64,000 nucleotides of DNA, taken from assembly GCF_036321535.1 (NCBI RefSeq), contig NC_087436.1, positions 11,036,001 through 11,100,000 on the forward strand, written 5' to 3'. Position numbers and translations under genes: made by a program. The notes beneath the pieces were generated by a model that saw only the letters and a program-made list of their open reading frames with translations, made no database searches and was not told the DNA's origin. Shown here piece after piece: positions 13,897 to 25,559 of this stretch. The DNA is from Camelus dromedarius. Its lineage: Eukaryota. The first letter of the stretch is position 1, and each line of letters opens with the position of its first letter.

Positions 13897-14475
13897 TGTT
13901 AGGCAGTTAGAAATGAGCACCAGGCAAGGGAGAAGAAGAGGGTGGGAGCAACCCAGGATAAAGGGCTCCAAAAAACTTCTACTTTCTCTAAATGAGGGCC
14001 AGCAAAGAAGTCAGCTAAAATCAAATGCTGCAGCTGTGCAGTAGAGAGAAGGACCTGGCTTAACTTGACACCATGCTCACTATAATATAATTAATGTTAC
14101 AATTTGAGCCCCCTGTGTAGGTGTGCATCATGGGGAAGAACATGCGTAAAGAGATGGGCATGCCTGAGCACGAGGAATGGGAGCTGTCAGTCAGCCTGAG
14201 CACTCAGAGAACCTGAGCTGTGAATCAGTCAGTCAATCAAGAAAACGCCTCTAAACCAGGACATAAAAACAGGGAAAACAAAGGAGCGGCACCATTTTTC
14301 CTCTCCCGGATTGGTTCACCCCCAATTCTCAGGGGACGTACTATGTTTTACTACATTTTTACTTCACTAATAAAATCTTCTGTTTATATCATGCTTTCCA
14401 TCTCCTGTTAGAAACTCTTTTTTGAGGGGATGACTAAGAACCAAGGTAACTTTTATTCCCCTCCTCCTGGTAACA
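13897..14475 (+). mobile_element. ERV1-class solo LTR
   Basis: TGTTA...TAACA termini; AATAAA at 14369-14374; 4-bp TSD catt/tatt (one mismatch); no primer-binding site downstream. Confidence 0.85.
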
Positions 14476-14739
14476 TATTGATAAAATTTACTTTAGTTAA
14501 GTAAAATATTTCTACAAGAAATCTGAGTGATATTTTCTTATTTATAGATTAGTCTCCGTGTAAAACATAGGAAAACTCAATAATCTTCATCTTATTTTTT
14601 CTTAGAAAATAGATATATTAAATAGTATGTTTATTTTGATATATATGAAAAATTTTAAATGATTCCAGGTACTAACCAAGCCCTTGATTTTACTAAACTT
14701 TCTATTAACTTTTTTCTACCTCCATAATTTTTACAGAAC

Positions 14740-14958
14740 ACTTTCATCCTTTAGCATCCTGGGGGCGTTGGTTCCAGGACCTGCCATGGATACCAGAATC
14801 CTCAGTTGCTCAAGTCCCTCACATAAACTGGCAGTGGTATGTTTGTTGTACAGTTGGCCCTCTGTATCACTGGTCCTGCATCCTCGAGTTCCACCAAACC
14901 CATCCACAGCTAGTTGAATGCAAGGACGTGGAATATACAGATAAAGAGCCTGCCTGTA
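14740..14958 (+). mobile_element. TcMar-Tigger MITE (MER2/Tigger9-like)
   Basis: 'ttggttccaggacc...ggataccagaatcc..gctcaagtccct'; ends '...ctg' followed by TA. Confidence 0.75.
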
Positions 14959-14991
14959 TTTCCCACCATTCTACTATTCTATAAGTAAAAC

Positions 14992-15067
14992 AGGAAAGGA
15001 AGGAGGAAGAGGAAGGAAGGAAGGAAGGAAGGGAGGAAGGAAGGAAGGAAGGAAGGGAAGAAGGAAG
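14992..15067. repeat. (GGAA)n microsatellite
   Basis: Seen directly; imperfect pure-purine tract. Confidence 0.95.
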
Positions 15068-15107
15068 TTAGCTTGAGCAAATTACTTATGATCAACGATA
15101 CTGTTCA

Positions 15108-15703
15108 TTTTTTTTAATATATATTTTTATTGAAGTATAGTCAGTTTGAAATGTGTCAATTTCTGGTGTACAGCACAATGCTTCAGTCATATATGAACAT
15201 ACATATATTCATTTTAATATTTTTTTTCACCATAGGTTACTACAAGCTATTGAATATAGTTCCCTATGCTATACAAAAGAAATTTATTTTTTATCCATGG
15301 TATTTTTCTGCTTTGATAATTTTCTTTTGTATTAGCTTGGTTTCTTTTTGGTTTTTGTGACTCTATTGTATGCTTTTGATTAACTTGTTTTTTAAGTATG
15401 TTAACCCCTTACTATATCTGACTATATCTGTTTGCTTCAGACTGGTAGTCATGTAGGTGCAAACACATCCTAAAGAGAATGAAGGGAAAAAAAGAAAGAA
15501 AAAAGAGAAGAGAGAGAAAAAAAATCTATATTTTCTTGCTCCCCATCCCACCTTTTATGATTTTGATGTCCTTTTTTTTTTTTTTCAACAACTTCATATT
15601 TATTCTGTTGCAAATCATTATAGTTATTACATTTCCACTTCTGGTTTTCCTGTTCCTATAGCTTCCTGCTTCTTTTCTATTTAGAGTAGACCTTTCAATA
15701 TTT
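15108..15703 (-). mobile_element. ORF2-less L1 derivative (ORF1 end + inter-ORF spacer + 3' tail + poly(A)), HAL1-like
   Basis: The reverse complement aligns to 52397-52756 of the full-length L1 in this window, then jumps to 3'-end sequence (gaaaaataccat; tgtatagca.ag.gaa.tata). Confidence 0.85.
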
Positions 15704-16269
15704 GTTCCTCTATTACATTGTGATCCCTTGCAGCCAATGGTTGTGTTTTACTTCTCTTTATTTTTAAGTTCCCATTGCCTATGACAGTGAGTTTTCAACA
15801 AATGTTTGTTGTTTGGAAGAACCCACATAAAATGCCTAACACAGTGCTCAGAGACAGGAAGCACTGGTTTTCATTATTATCCTATGAAAATGAGGGTAGA
15901 ATGAAACAGTAAAAAGTTCACCCTAAGGAGAGATAAGAACATCTGAGCACTAAGTCCTGAGCTATTGGTTTGTCCTTGAGTTTCTCCCTTTACTGCTCTG
16001 TGTCTTTCTTTAGCTGTAGCACAAAGAGAGTAGACCACCTCCTTAAGGCCCTGTACTTAACTCCTTGACTAGACTCAGTTGGTTTGTGGCTGTTTGGAGG
16101 CTTCTACACAATGCCAAATACATGAATGAAAAAGAAAAGCTCAGTCACCTGGATGCACTAATGTATGGTGCCTGGCAATTCCAATGGGGAAATGATACTG
16201 TGTGAAAATATGTAAAATGTCTTATTTTTGCATAGTTTATAAAATTTATAGTTTTTAACACTCTGTCAG

Positions 16270-16410
16270 GTGCACTGTTTCATCTTAATTATCACAACAG
16301 TCTTGAATTATTATTTTCTTCTTGTATATGAGGCTTAGAGATATTAAGTGATTTGCTCAAAATCACACCGGTAGCAGGAAACGGCTGGAATGAAAATGCC
16401 AGTTTTCTAT
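16270..16410 (-). mobile_element. MIR
   Basis: 'tgaggcttagagatattaagtgatttgctcaaaatcacac'. Confidence 0.7.
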
Positions 16411-17419
16411 AAAGATGATGATTCTGCTTTCAGAGATGTTAACTATAATCAAGATATTTAATTAAAAGATCAAAATTTTCCCTTTTTATAAGTATTATGG
16501 AATCAAAATTGGAAGAACTATTGTCTTCATTATAGTCATATTTCTCAGAATTTTTGAAGTGAAGAAAGGAAGAAAGAAGAGATAGAGGGAAAGAGAATGA
16601 GAGATACAGGATATTTTAAATTATTAAGTAAAACATAGTTGACTATATATTTTAGAAAAACATTTTTTAGGATATTAAAAATGTTCTTTTTTTTCCAAAC
16701 TCCACTTCCAGTCAGTCTGTTCTAAACTGAAATGCCAAAAATTGCATTTCTTATTCATACATAGACAGTGCATGCCAAACTTCTTCTCATTATTATTCGG
16801 TCCATTGGCAATTGCTCCTCTTCCAGGTTGTCAAGTTCATTTATTTCTGGCTATTACAATCTGTTTATATTTTTCCAATTCATCCTTTTATTAAGTGAGA
16901 AAAGCTATCAAATAAATCTATTTGGGAAATGAGCAACTAGTCCAAAAGAAGCATCTGTAATGCTTCATAATACTATTCAGAAATGTTTTGATGTCCTGCT
17001 GTTCATTCAAAGTGCTACATCAATTTACTAATTTGAACATAAGACAATTCATCATTTTTTAAATCAATTTTTAAATGTGTACTTTCAAAACTCAAACATT
17101 CTTCTGTTCATTCTGGAGAAGAAAATACCACCTTATGGAAAAAATGTAGAGTGAAGAGAAACCCAAAGGACTATCAAATGAGTAATTCTCTGCAAACTTT
17201 CTAAAATCTTCCCTGCAGTTCCCTCTTAACTTTTGGCACACATTTACTTTTCTTTTCCTTCCCTGATTTCTGTTCTTGAATTTATTTTTGCAAATGCTTT
17301 TTGTAGATATTTTAGAGACCAACATTATATGAATAGAACCTTCTAAGGAAGTCAGTAAAATCTTTCTACCCTTAGAAACCTAGATTATGAATAATTCCTT
17401 GAAGACATTGCTTTTACTA

Positions 17420-17535
17420 TAAAAATGAACATTTACATAGGTCATCTGACTCATTTGATCCTTATAACAACAACAAAAATGAGTATTTATTGCCCTCATT
17501 TTAGAGATAAGAGAACAGATTCAGAGAAGGTAAGC
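17420..17535 (-). mobile_element. MIR
   Basis: 'tcatttgatccttataacaac...cattttagagataagagaacagattcagagaaggtaag'. Confidence 0.7.
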
Positions 17536-18071
17536 AAGACAAAGAGAAGAGGTTGAGGACTGAGTAAGAGAGGAAAAGTGCCTGAGAGATGCCTAAGAAT
17601 GCAGCAGCAAGCTCATAAAAGGAGGGCCTGTCATCCTCTGGGCCTCGAGGGGGAAGGCAGGGATAGCTGCAGATGCAGGTGTGTGAGATACACCCACCCA
17701 GTGTCCACTCAGGGAAAGGTCATTGGACAAGAACGGGAAAGAGGCGGGGCTGAGAGAAATCAGGGAAAAAGTGATGAAGATAATAGAACAGCCATTATTG
17801 GATACAGGAGAGAGGATGGCCAAGTGGACTCTGTGCCAATAAAAGCATTTAGACGGGCCTGTTGACTTATAGCAGGACTCCAGCTGGATTTTTAAAATAT
17901 AACGAGCACTTTTTCATTAGTGAGGCAGGCTGGAAAAAGATTGCCCACTGAAAAAAAATCAAAGAAGAAGATTAAACATTTTTAGAGTGGACAGCAAATA
18001 TTTTCACTTATCCCCTGAAGTTTCCTATTTATATGCCTCAATCATTTGCATGTGTTGTATAAATAACTTTA

Positions 18072-21000
18072 GTTTTTATTTTTATTGGAGAATAGTTGAT
18101 GTACAATATTATATAACTTTCAGGTGCATAACATAGTGATTCACAATTTTTAATTTTAAAGGTTATACTCCATATATACTTATTGTAAAACATTGGCTAT
18201 ATTCCCTGTGCTGTATGGTATATCCTCACGGCTTATTTATTTTATACATAATAGTTTGTACCTCTCAATCCCCTATCCCTACATCGCCTCTCCACCTTCC
18301 CTCTCCCTTCTGGTAACCACTGGGTTCTATTCAGGTCTTCTGACTATTTTTTAATTGGGATTTTTCTCTTTTTGTAGTTTTGTGGAAAACATCAGTGTTT
18401 TGTAGTTTTCAGAGTATAGATCTTTCATCTCCATTTTTAGGTATTTTATTCTCTTTGAAGTAATTTTAAATGGGACTGTTTTCTTAATTTCTCTTTCTGA
18501 TAGTTCATTATTAGTATACCCAAAATCAACAAATTTCTGCGTATTAAACTTGTGTCCTTCAACTTTATTGGATTCATTTATTAATTCTAGTAATTTTTCG
18601 GTGGAGATTTTAGGGTTTTCTATAGGTGGTATTACATCATCTGCAAAGAGTGGCAGTTTTACTTCTTTCCTTCCAATCTGGATGCCTTTTACTTCTTTTT
18701 CTTGTCTAGTTACTGTGGCAAGGACTTCCAATACTATGTTAAATAGAAATAGTGCAAGTAAGCATCCTTTTATTGTTCCTCATTTTACAGGAGAAGCTTT
18801 CAACCTTTCACCATTAAGTATGATGTTAGCAGGGAGGATATAGATCAAGGGCTAGAGCACATGCTTAGCATTCATGAGGTCCTGGGTTCAATCCCCAGTA
18901 CCTCTTCTATAAACAAACAAACAAACAAACCTAATTACCTCCCCCCTCAAAACAAGCAAATTAAAAAAAATGTTCATGAGGGTTTGTCATAAATGGCTTT
19001 TATTCTCTTGAAATATGTTCTCTCTATACGAACTTTGATGACAGTTTTTATCATGAATGGATGTTGAATTTTGTCAGAGGTTTTTCTGTATCTATTGAGA
19101 TGATCATGTGATTTTTATCCTTCCTTTTGTTAACGTGGTGAATCATACTGATTGATTTGTGAATATGAAATCATTTTTGGGTCCCTGGCATAAATCTCAC
19201 TTGATTATGATGTATGATCTTTTTCATATCATACACCATGTGTATGTTGAATTTAATTTACTAATATTTTGTTAAGGAGTTTTGCATCTTTATTCTTTAA
19301 AGATATTGACATATACTTTTCTTTTTTGTAGTGTTTTTGTCTGGTTTTGGCATCAGGGTGATGATTGTCTTGTAGAATGACTCTGGGAGTGTTCTGTCCC
19401 CTTCAATTTTGGAGCAGAGATTGAGGTATTAGCTCTTCTTTATTTGTTTGGTAGAATTCCCCCATAAAGCCGTCTGGTCCTGGACTTCCATTTTCCAGGA
19501 TTTTTTCATCACAAATCCAATTTCACTACCAGTGATTGGTCTGTTCAGATTGTCTATTTCTTCTCGATTCAGGATTGGCAGGTTTTATGTTTCTAGAAAC
19601 TTGTCCATTTCTTCTAGGTTGTCCAGTTTGTTGGCATACAGTTGATTGTGGTATTTTAGTTAAGATTTTTTGGTGTCTCTGTAATATTGGTTGTTATTTC
19701 TCCTCTTTGATTTCTTATTTTGTTTATTGGGATCCTCCCTCTTATTTTCTTGATGAGCTTGTCTAAAGATTTACCAATTTTATTTACCTTTTCAAAGAAC
19801 CAGCTCTTGGTTTCGTTGATCTTTGCTATGGTTGTTTTGGTCTCTATTTTACTTGCTTTCTTTCTGATCTTTATTATTTCCTTCCTTCTGCTGATGTTGG
19901 GCTCTTCTTGTTCTTTTTTAATTATCCCTTTAGGTGGAAAGTTAGATTGTTTATTTGCATTTTTCTTGTATCTTGAAGTAGGCCTGTATTATTATAAACT
20001 TCCCTCTTAGAACTGCTTTTGATGCAACCTATAGATATTGGAAAATTGTGTTTCTGTTTTCATTTGTTTCCAGGTGTTTTTTGATTTCCTCTTTGATTTC
20101 TTCATTGACTCATGGCTTTTTTAGTAGCATGTAGTTTCATCTCCATGTGTTTGTGCTTTTCCCATTTCTCTTCCTGTACTTGATTTATAGTTTTATATTA
20201 TCTTATCATAAAAAATGCTTGATGTAATTTTGATCCTCTTAAATTTGGTGAGACTTGTTTTGTGACCTAGCATGTGATCTGTCCTGGAGAATGTTCTGTG
20301 TGCCCTTGAAAATAATGTGTATTCTGAAGTTTTTGAATGGAAGGTCCCGTAGATATCTATTAAGTCCGATTGATCTATTGTATCTTTTAAGACCACTGTT
20401 GCCTAATCGATTTTCTGTCTGAATGATCTGTCCATTGATGTTAGTGGAAGACTAAAGTCCCCTACTATTGTTGTACTGTTGTCAATCTCTCCCTAAAGTC
20501 TGTTAGCATTTGCTTTATATATTTAGGTGCTCCTGTATTGGGTGAATATGTTAATGAGTGTAATATCTTCTTCTTGTATTGATCCCTTTGTGATCATATG
20601 ATGTCCTTTTATCTTTTGTTATAGACTTCGTTTTAAAGTCCGTTTTGTCTTTGCTACCTCCACTTTCTTCTCATTTCTGTTTGCATGAAATATCTTTTCC
20701 CCCTCTTTCAGTTTCAGTCTGTGTGTCTTTAGTTCTGAAGTAAGTCTTGTGAGCAGCATGTCGGGAGATCTTGTTTGTTTGTTTTAATCCAATCAGCCAT
20801 GCTGTCTTTTGATTGGAGTATTTAGTCCATTCACATTAAAGTAAATATTTATTGGTGGGTACTTACTGCCATTTTAATACTTGCTTTTGGTTGTTTTGTA
20901 GATCTTCCTTATTCTTTTCTTCTTATTGTAGTTTCTTCCCTTGTATTTTGATGATTTTCTTTAGTGATAAGCTTGTGTCCTTTCTCTCTTGTTTTTGTGT

Positions 21001-22609
21001 AACTATTTTAGCTTTCTGATTTGTGATTACTAGGTTGTTTATATTTTGACCTATAGCTATATCTATATGTTTTAAATTGCTAGTCCTTTAAGTTCAGACA
21101 CATCCTAAAAGATCTACATGTTTTACTCCCTTCCTCCACATGTTTTCTTTCTAATACGTCTCCATGCTTATCCCTTTACTGATTATTGTAGTTATGCTTG
21201 ATTTTACAATGTTTTTGTCTTTTAATATTTGTACTAGCTTATTTAAGTGATTGATCCTCAGCTTTTACAATATATTTGCCTTTACTACTGGGATTCTTCC
21301 TTTTCTATTGATTGTCACTTATCATTATAGCCTTTTTTTTTTCCATTTAGAAAGGATTCTTTAACATTTCTTTTAGGATAGGTTTAGTATTGATGAACTC
21401 TTTTAGTTTTTGCTTGTCTAGAAGTTCTTTATCTCTCCTTCAATTCTAAATGATAATCTTATTGAATAAAGTATCCTAGGTTGCAGGTTTTTCCTCTTTC
21501 AACACTTTAATTGTATCTTGTCACTCCCTTCTCACCTGCAAATTTTCTGCAGAGAAATTAGCTGAAAGCCTTTATGGTGATTCCCTTGTATATGATTTTT
21601 TTTCTTTTTCTTTTGCTGCCTTTAGGATTCTCTACCTTTAACTTTTGCTATTTTCATTATAAATTGTCTTGGTGTGAGTCTGTTTGGGACCCTCTATGCT
21701 TCCTGTATTTGTATATCTGTTTGCTCCTTCAGACTTAGGAAGTTTTCAGCCATAATTTTATTAAATACATTTCCAACTCCCTTCTCTCTCTTTTCTCCTT
21801 CTAAGACCCTATAATGTGAATGTTTCTATGCTTGATAGTATTCTAAAGATCCTATAAACTGTTTTCATTTCTTTGAAATTATTTTTCTTTTTGGTGCTCT
21901 GATTAGAAGATTTCTATTATTCTATCTCCAGACCATTTATTTATTCTTCTGTATCACCTGGTCTGCTGTTAATTCCTTCTAGTGTGTTTTTCATTTCAGT
22001 TATGGTCTGGTTCCTTTTTATATTTTCTAGTTCCTTGTTAAATTTCTTACTGTGTTCCTCTATTCTTTTCCCTAATTCAGTTAGTATTCTTATTACTAAT
22101 GCTTTGAATCCTTTATTTAGTAAATTGTTTATTTCTATTTCAATAGTTGTTTTTAAAGGGCTTTTCTCTTTCCCTTTCAATTGAGACAAATTCCTCTGTC
22201 TTCAGTTTTGGTTAGCCTTCTCTGTCTCTATGAAATTAGGTGAAGCAGTTATCCATGGTGGTTTTGAAAAGGTGTCGTTATGTGGGAGCACTTCTAGACT
22301 GTCTGCATGTGCTGCTGACTTTGGTGAGTCAGCTGGATTTGACATGAACACAAGTCCTGTCTTTCTTCAGGATATGCTGGAGGCTATTAACTTAATGAGA
22401 GGTGGGGCTGGAGAAGGAGCACCTAGGATCATAGCCAGGTGTGAGGCAGGGCTTCCCTTTTGCTCAGTGGCTATCACCACCCTACTTGGGGGGAGGATCG
22501 GGTCCCAAGTTGCTAGAACAGAAACCCTGAGGTTCAAGTCCAGGCTGGCTCAGTTACCTTTAATTGTGTGCTCTACCCACTCCACGCACCCTGACCCTGA
22601 TTCCCAGAG
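18072..22609 (-). mobile_element. Older L1: 3' tail, ORF2 with internal deletions, spacer, ORF1 and truncated 5'UTR
   Basis: Minus-strand ORFs 18351-18731 (LPLFADD, RT), 20193-20396 (endonuclease) and 21941-22189 (ORF1 N-terminus SQLKGKEKSP). Confidence 0.95.
18831..18970 (+). mobile_element. Camelid tRNA-Ala-derived SINE (Vic-1-like) nested in L1
   Basis: tRNA-like head with B box 'gggttcaatccc', (AAAC)n, 'cctaattacctcccccc' and A tail; interrupts L1 ORF2. Confidence 0.9.
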
Positions 22610-22685
22610 AATATTTTTTGATATTTTTATTGAATTATATTCCCTTATAAAAAGAGCCAGTAATTATTATCTCACTTTTTGTTCC
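22610..22685 (+). repeat. 76-bp perfect direct repeat, copy 1
   Basis: Identical to 23910-23985. Confidence 0.95.
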
Positions 22686-23059
22686 AAGTAATGGAGCAAG
22701 AAGGGCTGGTGTGGGTATTCAGCAAGGATCAGGGCATTGGGTGTTGTGGTCTGACCAGGTTCAGAGACCTTATCTGCCTCTGACTTACTACCTATGCAAT
22801 CACCTGTAATGGCTACTCTCTCCCTGCTTAGATGCCCCTTAGAGTTTGAGCCTCCACAGTGTCTCATAGCCAAGCCTTTTTCTTGGTCACGGCCACCTTT
22901 GCTCTCCTGGGGAGCTGTGACACGAGGCAGCCAGTGCTGGAGCATTTGCTTGGCTCAGGCTGGGACAATAAAAATGAAAATTCATTTAGAGCTAAGTTAC
23001 ATTCTATTCATTTAAATTTTGCAAACTTAAACATTCTTTTACTCAAGTATTTTAATATA

Positions 23060-23875
23060 TGTTTCCATAGAGTTTTATAGTTTTTCTCTATAAAAGTCTA
23101 AAGTCTCATTTGTTAGATTGTACCTGTAGGTGCTTACATTTCCTCTTTCAAAACCTACATTTTCAATTTTTAAAAAAATTGCTGATGTATGAAATTGCAA
23201 TTATATTTTGTATATTTTCTGTGCAACAGTAATTGTGCTGTCCTCTCTTAGATATTTTTAATAATTTGCCTGTAGATTCTTTCAGATTTTCCTTGTCAGA
23301 CTAATTTTCTATCTGTAAAGAGACAGAGCTGTATTTATTTTTCATAATATTCTTACATCTTTTATTGCTTATTCCCAACCTCCTGAACTGAGTAAAGTCT
23401 CCAGTATAATTTGATTAGTAGTAGAGATAGTGGGCATCCTTTTGTTGTTCTTGATATGAACTAGAATGCTACTAATGATAAATATAAAGTTCATTTCTGA
23501 TATTTGGTAGATACAGTTGAAATTTAGTCTTGCTATCTGGTAGAAATGTAAGTCATCCTTATTTTTTTTAAACTTTTCTTATTGAGTTATACAATAAGAT
23601 ATTTTATTGAGTTTACAATGTTGTGTCCATCCTTATTTTTAAATATCTGATTTTCTGTGAGTTTTTCTCTTGAATGTGGGACTTTTTATCCAATGTCCCT
23701 ATTTGATACAGCTATATATTATTTCTTTGTATCTTTTGGTTAATTACATTAACACATTTTCTAACGTTAAAAAAATCCTTACATTCCTAGTATAAATTCA
23801 AGTTGCTCAAGATGTTGTTTTTAAGTATGTTAATATAAATAATACAAAATAAATTGCTTGGCATGGTTTCCTAAT
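23060..23875 (-). mobile_element. Ancient L1 (L1M/L1ME-like) ORF2 remnant
   Basis: Degenerate 'gatagtgggcatccttttgttgttcttga' and 'gtagattctttcagattttc'. Confidence 0.7.
23567..23627 (-). mobile_element. 61-bp L1 3'-terminal insertion with 13-bp TSD
   Basis: TSD catccttattttt at 23554-23566 and 23628-23640; the reverse complement begins gacacaacattgtaaa, as at 56921. Confidence 0.85.
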
Positions 23876-23909
23876 ATCTGTGGGAAAAAATTAACCTCAT
23901 TTTCTCATA

Positions 23910-23985
23910 AATATTTTTTGATATTTTTATTGAATTATATTCCCTTATAAAAAGAGCCAGTAATTATTATCTCACTTTTTGTTCC
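23910..23985 (+). repeat. 76-bp perfect direct repeat, copy 2
   Basis: Identical to 22610-22685. Confidence 0.95.
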
Positions 23986-24047
23986 TAAGAAGAGTTTACT
24001 TGATTAAGATTATTTGTTCTTTGTCACTACTAAAATATCTAGATCTG

Positions 24048-24415
24048 TGCTATAGACTAAATGTTTGCATGTCCCCAAAATTCGTATGTTGAAACCTGAT
24101 CCCCAGTATGATGTTATTTGAAGTTGAGACCTTAGGGAGCTTGGTTAGTGTGTGGAACCCTCATGAATTATATTCATGTCCTTATGAAAGAGATCCCATA
24201 GAAATCCCTTGTTCCTTCCACCATGTGAGGACAAAGGGGGAAGACAGTTGTATATGAACCAGGAAGCAGGGCTTCATCAGACACCAAATCTGTGGGTACC
24301 CTGATCTGGGGCTTCTCAGTCTGCAGAATGTTGAGAAATAAACTTCTACTGTTATAACCAGTACGGTATAACAGTCTATGGTGTTCTGTTCTAGCTGCCT
24401 GAACAGACTAAGACA
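24048..24415 (+). mobile_element. ERVL-MaLR solo LTR (MLT1A-like)
   Basis: Starts tgctatagactaaatgtttg..tccccaaaattc and ends cagactaagaca. Confidence 0.9.
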
Positions 24416-24739
24416 GTTTGACTTCTGGTTAAAGAAAATTTGAAGATACATATTTGCGTCCACTTCTTCACCAAATGGATGGATTTATAAAACTGAAAAA
24501 TAGATGGATAAGTGATAACTGTCATAGAAAATGGAGTAAACCTAACCCTAAACTGGCTGCAAAGAAAGCCAAGAACAAACACAATTGCCACCACAGATGG
24601 CAAAACTCTTGAACTAGTGGTAACAGGTTCATCTAGAAGAGGGTATATAGAACTGAAGTGGGTGTAAACATGATACTGAAAATAGATGAGAAGTTTAAAA
24701 GCTGATTAATAAGATTTCAATTGCCAAATGATCTTCTCC

Positions 24740-25260
24740 ACCCCAGCAGAAGATTGGAACTTTATTCCTTGGTAGTAGTAAAACAGATGGTGGAAAACTA
24801 TACATCAAAACAGGCATTTAATTGAAAACTTATACAGGAAATGTGGAAACCCCCATCTCCTGTTTAAGCCTAGCTCCAAGAATTCTGGCAGCAAGGATTC
24901 TACATTGCAGGCAGGAAATTATAAGAGGCTTGGCTCTATAAATTTGGGGTGCTCAATTAAATTTGAATTTCAGAGAAAGAATAAATAATTTTTCAATATC
25001 ACTATATCCCCTTAATAATCAGGTCACAATTATTCTAAAAAGTTACCCTTTGTTTACATAGAATAATATTTAATTGGGAATCTTACATTTTTATTTGCTA
25101 AATCTGGCAACCTACTTGTTTGAAGGATCTGACCAGCCCATGAGAAAAGACCTAAAGATACTGACATTCAGTGCCCCGCTAACACTTTATATTTAAAAAG
25201 CCCTGTGCGTGCACAAAGCACTTCCAATCAGCTTTTTTGTATCTCACTTTTTAAAAATGA
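24740..25260 (+). mobile_element. Ancient HAL1/L1 5' region remnant, interrupted by MER53
   Basis: 'ctgaccagcccatgagaaaagacctaaagatactgacatt' and 'ttccaatcagcttttt' recalled from HAL1-type consensus. Confidence 0.4.
24930..25114. mobile_element. MER53-like palindromic hAT MITE
   Basis: 'ttaaatttgaatttcaga' and terminal 'tttttatttgctaaatctggcaaccta'. Confidence 0.75.
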
Positions 25261-25559
25261 ATTCAATAAGTATAGGATCCCTTTATTTATTAATAGTAAC
25301 TGTTAATACTTTGAGTTGATATGACCCAGGCTTCATTTTCTGGTTAGTATACACTAGATAGACCACATCTCTAAATACCAGTGCTCTGTGCTCTTGTTTC
25401 TTTACCATGGAAACCCAGTAGTTTCCACCATCGCATTTGATCCTAGAAACCTAAGAAAACAGAGACTGCTATGGAAGAATGTGGAGTGAAGTCATGCTGC
25501 TCTGTTGACTTTGCTACTATGTTCTTCAGAGGTTACTGCTAATCCTGTTGCTAAGTATC

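Noticed and set aside
18831..18905. tRNA-Ala-like sequence
   Set aside because: It is the head of a SINE with tail and A-rich end, not a tRNA gene; the same applies at 28996 and about 36090-36155.
22230..22691. 153-aa plus-strand ORF
   Set aside because: It is antisense to an L1 5'UTR and runs into the 76-bp duplicated segment; no protein similarity is evident.
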